DNA from: Patescibacteria group bacterium
Lineage (GTDB): Bacteria; Patescibacteriota; Patescibacteriia; UBA1558; GWA2-36-10
Direction: 5' to 3'
Assembly: GCA_041665505.1 (NCBI GenBank)
Contig: JBAYIR010000002.1
Span: 75,602-139,601 of the forward strand
DNA: 64,000 nucleotides
Both the position numbers and the translations under genes were made by a program. Below, in pieces: positions 57,143-64,000 of this stretch. The notes beneath the pieces were generated by a model. It had not been told where the DNA came from. It worked only from the letters and a program-made list of their open reading frames with translations, and did no database searches. How positions within the stretch are numbered: the stretch's first letter is position 1; each line of letters starts with the position of its first letter.

Positions 57143-58858
57143 ATGGCTGATTCATCAAGTGACGATAAAAATAAAAAACTGAGTGACAAGCTATCTGAAA
57201 TAGAGCTCAAAGAAAAAGAAAAACGGGTGCAAACACAAGCCGACGCCATGGGTATTTCTTATATAAATTTAGAAAAGTTCCCACTCTCCCAAGAAGCCCT
57301 AAAAATTATCGAGCCTGAACAAGCCGAAGCCTTGCAGACTGTCTGTTTTTTGTATACTGGAGAAGAAATGCGCCTTGGTTCTCTTAATCCTAGTAATCCT
57401 CAAGTAACTAATTTAGCTAAAGAACTGTCCGAAAAATATCATACTAGGATAAAAATCTACCTACTTTCTGAAGCTAGTTTTAATTTTGCTTTTGCTGTCT
57501 ACAAAAAAATTCCAAAAATTATCCAAATAGAAGGTGTAGCTATTTCGGCTGAGGATATAGATAAATTTGATAAAAAACTGACTACTATTAAAGATCTTAA
57601 TCAGCTAATCCAAGCAACCGATCTAACTGAAACAATTAATATAGTTATAGCTGCTAGTCTCAAATTTGGTGCTTCTGATATTCATATTGAAACGGAAGAA
57701 GCAGTTATTAATGTGCGTATCCGTATAGACGGTATCCTACACGAAGTGGCCACTCTAAAAAAAGACGCTTGGCCAAAATTAAGCTCCCGTTTAAAATTAT
57801 TAGCTGGCCTCAAATTAAATATAGGTAATAAACCTCAAGATGGTAGATTTACTATCCACCTGACCAAAGACCAAATAGAGGTCAGAGTCTCCTCTATTCC
57901 TTCTGCCTATGGCGAAAGTATCGTTATGAGGTTACTTAAAGCATCAGCTGTTGGTTTAGAATTTGAACAACTTGGTTTTAGAGGAAAATCATTTAATATT
58001 TTAAATGAAGAGATGAAAAAACCAAATGGTATGATTATCACTACTGGTCCAACTGGTTCTGGTAAAACTACTACTCTCTACGCCATATTAAACAAACTCA
58101 ACAAACCTGATACTAAAATTATTACCCTAGAAGATCCAATTGAATATAAATTACTTGGTATAGTACAAAGCCAAATAGACAACACTGATGCTAGTGATCA
58201 AGAAGATGTCCAAACTGGAGAAATAAAAAAGAAATCCACCTATACTTTTGCCAGAGGACTAAGAGCTATACTTCGTCAGGATCCAGACATAGTAATGGTT
58301 GGTGAAATCCGTGATTTAGAAACAGCTGAAACTGCGGTTAATGCTGCTTTGACTGGCCACTTGATGCTCTCTACTATTCATACCAACTCAGCTGCTGGTA
58401 CTATCCCTAGACTTTTATCTATGGGCGTCCAAGCTTTTTTATTAGCTCCATCTCTCAATGCTATTATTGGGCAAAGATTAACTAGAAAATTATGTCAAAA
58501 TTGTAAAACAGAAGATACTAGCCTAGATAATGCTACCATGACTGTAATTTTAAATACCTTAAATGAAATTAGTCCTCAGTCTGGCTATAAACCAGATCTA
58601 AATAATTTAAAATTTTACACTGCTAAAGGCTGCGATAAATGCCAAGGTATAGGCTATAAAGGACGAATTGGTATTTATGAAGTAATGTTAATGAGTCCAG
58701 AAATAGAAAAAATTATACTGTCTGACAAAGCCTCTGAATACGAAATAGAAAAAATAGCAGTTAAAGATGGTATGATAACTATGTTCCAAGATGGACTACT
58801 GAAAGCTCTAGATGGCCTCACTTCTATAGAAGAAATTTTTGATCACGTCAAAGATTAA
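57143..58858 (+). CDS. pilB: Type IV pilus assembly / type II secretion ATPase (GspE/PilB family).
   Basis: Walker A is ITTGPTGSGKTTTL. The Asp/His boxes are MVGEIRDLETAE and LMLSTIHTNSAAG. The tetracysteine is CQNCK...CDKCQG. An N-terminal T2SSE_N-like domain is present. Confidence 0.9.
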   Translation: MADSSSDDKNKKLSDKLSEIELKEKEKRVQTQADAMGISYINLEKFPLSQEALKIIEPEQAEALQTVCFLYTGEEMRLGSLNPSNPQVTNLAKELSEKYHTRIKIYLLSEASFNFAFAVYKKIPKIIQIEGVAISAEDIDKFDKKLTTIKDLNQLIQATDLTETINIVIAASLKFGASDIHIETEEAVINVRIRIDGILHEVATLKKDAWPKLSSRLKLLAGLKLNIGNKPQDGRFTIHLTKDQIEVRVSSIPSAYGESIVMRLLKASAVGLEFEQLGFRGKSFNILNEEMKKPNGMIITTGPTGSGKTTTLYAILNKLNKPDTKIITLEDPIEYKLLGIVQSQIDNTDASDQEDVQTGEIKKKSTYTFARGLRAILRQDPDIVMVGEIRDLETAETAVNAALTGHLMLSTIHTNSAAGTIPRLLSMGVQAFLLAPSLNAIIGQRLTRKLCQNCKTEDTSLDNATMTVILNTLNEISPQSGYKPDLNNLKFYTAKGCDKCQGIGYKGRIGIYEVMLMSPEIEKIILSDKASEYEIEKIAVKDGMITMFQDGLLKALDGLTSIEEIFDHVKD

Positions 58859-58865
58859 ATTATAT

Positions 58866-58895
58866 AAAAACCACGGGTCTACGCCCGTGGTTTTG
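58866..58895 (+). terminator. Intrinsic terminator of pilB.
   Basis: AAAACCACGGG-TCTACG-CCCGTGGTTTT. Confidence 0.8.
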
Positions 58896-58919
58896 CCTAA
58901 GGTATTGAAGATATATAAA

Positions 58920-58955
58920 AATCCATCCAGCTCTTCGCGAAGAGCTGGATGGATT
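58920..58955. repeat. Perfect 36-bp palindrome (REP-like copy 2).
   Basis: AATCCATCCAGCTCTTCGCGAAGAGCTGGATGGATT is an exact palindrome. It is related to 36603-36630 through the shared AATCCA...CAGC.CTTCGCGAAG.GCTG...TGGATT. Confidence 0.8.
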
Positions 58956-58972
58956 AAATTTATTAATTATAA

Positions 58973-59464
58973 TTAAGCTATACTTATTTTTCTTTTATCC
59001 TCCCCCAACAACTCCATATGAATTTTAATAGCCGTAGCTGGTAAATTAACTAGCTTATCAGCCCATTCTATAGCTACTATTATATTATTGTAATTCAAAT
59101 AATCGCCTAGTCCGATTTCAAACAAATCTTCTTGCCCTGACAAGCGATAGCAATCAATATGTACAAATTTATCTACTTTTCCCCCGTCTAGCTTACTAAA
59201 TTTCCCCTCGGCCTTAGTTTTTTGACGGGATTTAAGAGGAGAAATATCATAAACTTTCATTAGTACAAAAGTAGGGCTAGTAATATTTTCTTTAACCCCC
59301 AAAGCTTTAGCTAAAGCTTTGACAAAAACTGTTTTACCAGCCCCTAGATTACCACTTAAAGCTAAAAACTCTCCACCTTTCAATTCTTTGGCCAGCTCAG
59401 TAGCTATTTTTTCTGTAGCTGCTTGATTGTTAGCTTGATATTCTCTCATTTTATTATTATACAA
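58973..59464 (-). CDS. tsaE: tRNA threonylcarbamoyladenosine biosynthesis ATPase TsaE.
   Basis: P-loop LALSGNLGAGKTVFVKALAK, plus ITSPTFVLM and HIDCYRL. Confidence 0.85.
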   Translation of the reverse strand: MYNNKMREYQANNQAATEKIATELAKELKGGEFLALSGNLGAGKTVFVKALAKALGVKENITSPTFVLMKVYDISPLKSRQKTKAEGKFSKLDGGKVDKFVHIDCYRLSGQEDLFEIGLGDYLNYNNIIVAIEWADKLVNLPATAIKIHMELLGEDKRKISIA

Positions 59465-59507
59465 TAGCTATTAAAATATCTCAAAAAAAACCAATTTCTA
59501 AGTTAAA

Positions 59508-60569
59508 TTATATTTTGGATTTATTTTGACCCAATCTCCAATTAGCCTGAGGCTCTAAATCAAAAATATTTTTGTCTTTTAAGATATAATTATTATTTTT
59601 AAACCTTACATTATAATAAGCAGCCACGGCTATCATAGCCGCATTGTCTCCGGTGTATTTTAAATCTGGATAAAAAAATGGCAAGCCAATTTCTCGACTC
59701 TGCTTTAACAAAGTATTTTTAAGAACCTGATTAGCTGCTACGCCACCAGCCAACATAATAGATTTTACCTTATATACTTTAGCCGCTTTGATGGTTTTTT
59801 TTACTAAAACTTCTATCAGCGCTGCTTGAAATGAGGCACAAATATCTTTGATATCTTTTTTACTTATTTTTTTCTTTTTTTCTAAAGTATAAAGCACAGC
59901 TGTTTTAAGACCAGAAAAAGAAAAATCATAATTCTCTTTATCTATCATTGGTCGAGGGAAATTATAAGCTTGAGTATTACCCTCTGTAGCTAAAGAGCTC
60001 ACTATTGGTCCGCCTGGATAGCCAAGATGCAAAAGTTTAGCTACTTTATCATAAGCTTCGCCAGCAGCATCATCTAAAGTTTGCCCTAATATTTGATACT
60101 GACCATGACTGGTCATTAATATCAATTCGCTATGTCCACCAGAAACCAGCAATATCAAAGCTGGTAAATATTTCTGACTATTTCTAGCCAAGCTACTATT
60201 ACTCAGCCAATTAGAATAAATATGCCCTTCCAGATGATTGACAGACACTAGTGGCAAATGATTGGCAAAAGCCAAGGCTTTAGCTGTGGCCATACCTAGA
60301 ATGAGAGAAGTAACTAGTCCTGGCCCACTAGTAACCGCTACATAATCTATGTTTTTTAATTTACTTTTACCTAAAGTATTATCTATTAAGGGTATAATAG
60401 TCTCGGTGTGTTTGCGAGCGGCTACTTCTGGTATGACCCCACCATATTTTTTATGAATATCAATTTGAGAATAGATGGCATTTTTCTTTAACTGCAAAAT
60501 CTGCCCATGGCCCTCTAAAAGAGCAATAGCTGTTTCGTCACAAGATGATTCTATGGCTAATATTTTCAT
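59508..60569 (-). CDS. tsaD: tRNA N6-adenosine threonylcarbamoyltransferase TsaD (Kae1/Gcp).
   Basis: MKILAIESSCDETAIAL, the metal-binding H...H (NHLEGH) and VSGGHSEL are present. Confidence 0.93.
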   Translation of the reverse strand: MKILAIESSCDETAIALLEGHGQILQLKKNAIYSQIDIHKKYGGVIPEVAARKHTETIIPLIDNTLGKSKLKNIDYVAVTSGPGLVTSLILGMATAKALAFANHLPLVSVNHLEGHIYSNWLSNSSLARNSQKYLPALILLVSGGHSELILMTSHGQYQILGQTLDDAAGEAYDKVAKLLHLGYPGGPIVSSLATEGNTQAYNFPRPMIDKENYDFSFSGLKTAVLYTLEKKKKISKKDIKDICASFQAALIEVLVKKTIKAAKVYKVKSIMLAGGVAANQVLKNTLLKQSREIGLPFFYPDLKYTGDNAAMIAVAAYYNVRFKNNNYILKDKNIFDLEPQANWRLGQNKSKI

Positions 60570-60705
60570 ACCAGTATTATAGCAAATTTATTCCCTACTA
60601 TTAAGCCTCTGGAATTTAATAATTCTATGGTTATAATAAACTATTGTCAACTATCTCTAGCTAAAACTTTTATTTTATAGTAAGCTCTAAATATAAGCTA
60701 AATAT

Positions 60706-61350
60706 ATGCCTAAAAAAAAATTAGAACGTTTTACTGAACTGGCTAAACTAAAAAATGTAGCCCAAATAAATCAAGTTGACCTCAAAGAAAAATTAAATAA
60801 ATTTTTACTAGGTGAACAAAATATAGTTTTAGAATTGGCCTGTGGCAAGGGAGATTATTCTTTAGCTTTGGCTCAAAAATTTCCCCACCATAAAATAATT
60901 GGTATAGATATCCAAGGAGAAAGACTGTGGTCTGGAGCTACTAAAGCCCAAGAAAAAAAATTAGATAATATATTTTGGTTAAGAATACAAATAGAAAATC
61001 TACTGGAATATTTTACCAAACAATCTATTGCTGAAATTTGGATTACTTTCCCCGATCCATTTCCAAAAGATAAACAAATTAAGAAAAGATTGACTTCCCC
61101 TAGATTTTTAGAAATCTACAAAAAAATTTTAATACCCAATGCTTTGATCCATCTTAAAACCGATGATCTTAATTTGTTTGACTATTCTATTGAGACAATA
61201 AAAAACCAGGCTGGAGAGATACTAGAAGAAATAAAAGATATATATAACCAAGGAGACATTCCCGACTTACTTAAAATAAAGACTGATTTTGAGAAAAAAC
61301 ACTTACAAGCTGGCAAAAGCATACATTATTTAAAATTTAAACTATCATAA
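60706..61350 (+). CDS. trmB: tRNA (guanine46-N7)-methyltransferase.
   Basis: LELACGKGDYSL is the SAM motif. ITFPDPFPKDKQIKKRL matches the TrmB DPWpKkrh signature. Confidence 0.85.
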   Translation: MPKKKLERFTELAKLKNVAQINQVDLKEKLNKFLLGEQNIVLELACGKGDYSLALAQKFPHHKIIGIDIQGERLWSGATKAQEKKLDNIFWLRIQIENLLEYFTKQSIAEIWITFPDPFPKDKQIKKRLTSPRFLEIYKKILIPNALIHLKTDDLNLFDYSIETIKNQAGEILEEIKDIYNQGDIPDLLKIKTDFEKKHLQAGKSIHYLKFKLS

Positions 61351-61440
61351 TTAATATAAAAAACTTAGCTACAACTTGGATTGACAGTTTATATAGAATA
61401 TGTTATAATTCTATATTAACCAAAAATATTAGTTAAATTT

Positions 61441-62847
61441 ATGAACAATTGGCTAAAAACATTAATAATTATCACTATTCTAATAAGCTCATTTTCTTAT
61501 GGATTTAAGGCTAATGCCCAAATCTCTCTTTATGATATAGAAATAGTAGATATGAAAAATGGCCACGCCACTATCAAATGGCGCACTAATGATAATGTCA
61601 AAAGTATAGTTTATTATGGTTCTACAGCTGATAATCTTGATAAAAAATCTTCAAATAATAATTATACTAGAAGCCATCAAACTATTTTATACAATTTAGA
61701 AGAGGATAAAACATATTATTATAAAATAGAGCTAAGAGCCTATGATGGTGAAAGATTAGAAGTCTATACTCGCTCTTTTTCTACCAATGACATGATAGAC
61801 ACTGTCGCCCCAAAATTTTTGGAATCAAATGTAGTACAAACACTAGGTAATACAGTGGCTCTATCTTGGAAAGCTAATGAAAAAGTCTACACCGAAATAC
61901 ACTATTGGAAACAAGGTACTAATGAAAATAAAATTATTGTTGGTGTCGGAGGTTACGCAGAATATAACGAAACTTTTGTTTATAATTTAGACTCTTATTC
62001 CCAATATTATGTAAAAATAGTTATCAAAGATAATTCTGGCAATAAAGAAAGTAAAACTTTTAGTGTCAATATTTATGAAAAATTTGATATAAATTCTGAA
62101 CTAAAGCTAAGAAATATTGAACCATTAAATTCCAACAATAATTTAATATCCAATAATAAAGTAACTATCAAATATACTTCTAACCTAGCCGCGCGGTCTT
62201 ATATCCAATATGGTACTAGTCCTGATAGATTAGGCAGCTTTATTTATGTTAATGATCAAAAAATAACCACCGATCACCAAGTTACTATCAAAGACTTAGA
62301 AGCAAATACTACTTATTATTATAATATATATGTTTATAATGCTATTTATGGTAAAAATATTGTTGTCCAAGGTCTTAGTTTTACCACTAAATCAAAAGTC
62401 TTGGGAGTTAAAGAAGACGCTGCTAATTTAGACAGCGACCATGACCAATTGAATAATGCTTATGAAATGGCTATTGGTACCAACCCTAGTGATCCGGATA
62501 CAGATAATGACGGCTATCGTGATGGTCTGGAAATTCAAAATGGATTTAATCCTCTAGGTCCAGGCAAGTGGCACAAAAAAGTTGATTTTATATATAACCA
62601 AGCCCGCTTAGATTTAGCAACTGAAAATGCTAAAGCTCAAGAACTAAAAAATATTATAAAGAAAAAATTAAAATACCTACCAATTAAAGAATCTCTTTGG
62701 CCCAAGTTAGTCAATGCCTATATTTATGGTGATTACCCAATTGAAGCTATTATTATGTATATCAAACTAGAAGGCAAAACTATCAACCCTGATATTAGCT
62801 GGTCCACTTGGCAATATAGCTCTGACTATATAAAATACATGAAATAA
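61441..62847 (+). CDS. Secreted protein with FN3/PAP-N-like beta-sandwich repeats and a thrombospondin-3/dockerin-like Ca-binding segment.
   Basis: The signal peptide is MNNWLKTLIIITILISSFSYGFKANA. Repeats of the W..N....IvyYG......l......t.H...l..L...T.YYY type occur. The Ca-binding segment is DSDHDQLNNAYEMAIGTNPSDPDTDNDGYRDGLE. Confidence 0.5.
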   Translation: MNNWLKTLIIITILISSFSYGFKANAQISLYDIEIVDMKNGHATIKWRTNDNVKSIVYYGSTADNLDKKSSNNNYTRSHQTILYNLEEDKTYYYKIELRAYDGERLEVYTRSFSTNDMIDTVAPKFLESNVVQTLGNTVALSWKANEKVYTEIHYWKQGTNENKIIVGVGGYAEYNETFVYNLDSYSQYYVKIVIKDNSGNKESKTFSVNIYEKFDINSELKLRNIEPLNSNNNLISNNKVTIKYTSNLAARSYIQYGTSPDRLGSFIYVNDQKITTDHQVTIKDLEANTTYYYNIYVYNAIYGKNIVVQGLSFTTKSKVLGVKEDAANLDSDHDQLNNAYEMAIGTNPSDPDTDNDGYRDGLEIQNGFNPLGPGKWHKKVDFIYNQARLDLATENAKAQELKNIIKKKLKYLPIKESLWPKLVNAYIYGDYPIEAIIMYIKLEGKTINPDISWSTWQYSSDYIKYMK

Positions 62848-62931
62848 TCAAAATTAAAACATCGCTACCCTTTGGTGGTGATGTTTTTTATTTAAATCAA
62901 GTTGTGTTAAAATAATAATAATCATTAAATA

Positions 62932-63564
62932 ATGAGCTATATGTCATTTTTAGATAATCTTACTTGGCGCCAAGCTACCAAAGAATTTGATACTAATAAA
63001 CCAGTGTCTGCCAAAAATCTAAATCAAATATTAAACGCCATTCGTATGGCGCCGACTTCCTATGGCCTACAACCTTTCCATATTTATGTTATAAAAAACT
63101 TGGCCTTGAGAAAAAAAATGAAGAACTATGTTTTTTTACAAAAACAAATTGATACTTGCTCACACTTAATAGTTTTTTGTGCTATAAATAGTCACAAAAA
63201 AATATACCAACGAGTCGATGATTATACTCAACTGCTTAAATCGCGAGATAAAACTACTGACCTCAAACTACAAGCTATTAAATTGGCTAGAAAAAAATCT
63301 CTCCAAAATAAAACGCCAGCTGATTTTGAAGCTTGGGCTACTAGACAATGCTATATTGCTCTAGGTTTTGCTCTGGCTGGAGCAGCTGAATTAAAAATTG
63401 ATTCCTGCCCCATGGAGGGTTATGATAAAGTAGCTATAGATAAAATTCTTAAACTACCAGCTTATTTGCAATCAAGTGTTTTATTACCCATTGGCTATAG
63501 AAAAGAAGAACAAAAAAAAGCTAAGATTAGATTTCCTAACAATGATTTATTTACTCACTTATAA
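62932..63564 (+). CDS. Nitroreductase-family NAD(P)H-flavin oxidoreductase.
   Basis: LNAIRMAPTSYGLQPF is the nitroreductase N-terminal motif. The C-terminal region is CYIALGFALAGAAELKIDSCPMEG. Confidence 0.7.
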   Translation: MSYMSFLDNLTWRQATKEFDTNKPVSAKNLNQILNAIRMAPTSYGLQPFHIYVIKNLALRKKMKNYVFLQKQIDTCSHLIVFCAINSHKKIYQRVDDYTQLLKSRDKTTDLKLQAIKLARKKSLQNKTPADFEAWATRQCYIALGFALAGAAELKIDSCPMEGYDKVAIDKILKLPAYLQSSVLLPIGYRKEEQKKAKIRFPNNDLFTHL

Positions 63565-63577
63565 TAAAGCCTAAAAA

Positions 63578-63611
63578 CAAAAACCGCCGCGTTAGACGCG
63601 ACGGTTTTTTG
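63578..63611. terminator. Bidirectional intrinsic terminator.
   Basis: AAAACCGCCGCG-TTA-GACGCGACGGTTTTTT has a one-mismatch stem. Confidence 0.8.
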
Positions 63612-63631
63612 ATTTTCAAATTTAAAGAAAA

Positions 63632-63829
63632 TTAAACTCTTTTTACTTGAGTAGCAGCTGGTCCTTTTGGAGTGTCAGACACTTCAAAACTCACAGCATC
63701 ACCTTCTCTAAGTTCTTCGAAAGTTGTATCAACTAACTCATTGGCGTGAAAGAAAAGATCTTTATCACCTTGTTCTGGACTAATAAATCCAAAATTTTTG
63801 TCAGTCAATTTTTTTATTGTTCCTTGCAT
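63632..63829 (-). CDS. cspA: Cold-shock protein (CspA family).
   Basis: 65 aa. MQGTIKKLTDKNFGFISPEQGDKDLFFH carries the RNP1-type motif KGFGFI (here NFGFIS). Confidence 0.9.
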   Translation of the reverse strand: MQGTIKKLTDKNFGFISPEQGDKDLFFHANELVDTTFEELREGDAVSFEVSDTPKGPAATQVKRV

Positions 63830-64000
63830 GTGTGTAGAAATAAAAAACGAATTAACTAATAGTAACTTCGAAATTCGACTCTATTTCTACTCTTACTATA
63901 CTTTGAATAATTGATAACAATTACTCGACATTATATTAACACTAATAATAGAAAATGTCAATACCGCCTTAATATATTTTCAAAACAAAAAAATACTCCC

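Overview
This is a visibly AT-rich, gene-dense bacterial chromosome segment with about 63 CDS on both strands, read in the standard genetic code (long ORFs end on ordinary stops; nothing suggests UGA recoding). The gene content and compact architecture look like a small-genome, Patescibacteria/CPR-like organism; that taxonomic call is inference from gene content only. No rRNA, tRNA or CRISPR array was found.

Confident housekeeping genes:
- groES-groEL with a textbook CIRCE operator
- uvrA, uvrD/pcrA, gyrA, ruvB, ftsH, rpsA
- trpS, glyA, folD, purB
- queA and queH
- tsaD-tsaE, trmB, ychF, rnj, ldh, secG
- a GspE/PilB ATPase
- a 5'-partial PEP synthase at the window edge

Unusual content:
1. 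Four discrete GC-rich islands sit in the AT-rich background. Each carries a self-contained gene with a strong AGGAGG-type RBS and a GC hairpin terminator. They encode an Arg/Lys-rich basic protein, an Xis/excisionase-type HTH protein, a tandem pair of diverged prepilin genes, and a small membrane protein that sits between queA and queH.
2. A roughly 3.4-kb accessory block at 23.3-26.8 kb holds small unannotatable ORFs. They are separated by GC-rich palindromic spacers, and individual ORFs are bracketed by ~21-bp inverted-repeat pairs (cassette- or inverton-like).
3. A dispersed family of modular GC-rich repeats shares the motifs CGAGCTA, GGATATCC, CTTCGCTCAGG and CGACTCC. One copy is inserted at the folD 3' end, flanked by a ~50-bp duplication of the folD terminus.
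4. Two copies of a perfect REP-like palindrome with a TTCGCGAA centre act as bidirectional terminators.
5. A DEDDy 3'-5' exonuclease fused to a WYL-like domain lies immediately downstream of the UvrD helicase gene.
6. A bacterial Elp3 (radical SAM plus GNAT) is divergently paired with a Trm9-like SAM methyltransferase.
7. A secreted CARDB protein carries two tandem dockerin-like Ca-binding modules.
8. A ~190-nt orphan small-RNA candidate has its own extended -10 promoter and terminator.
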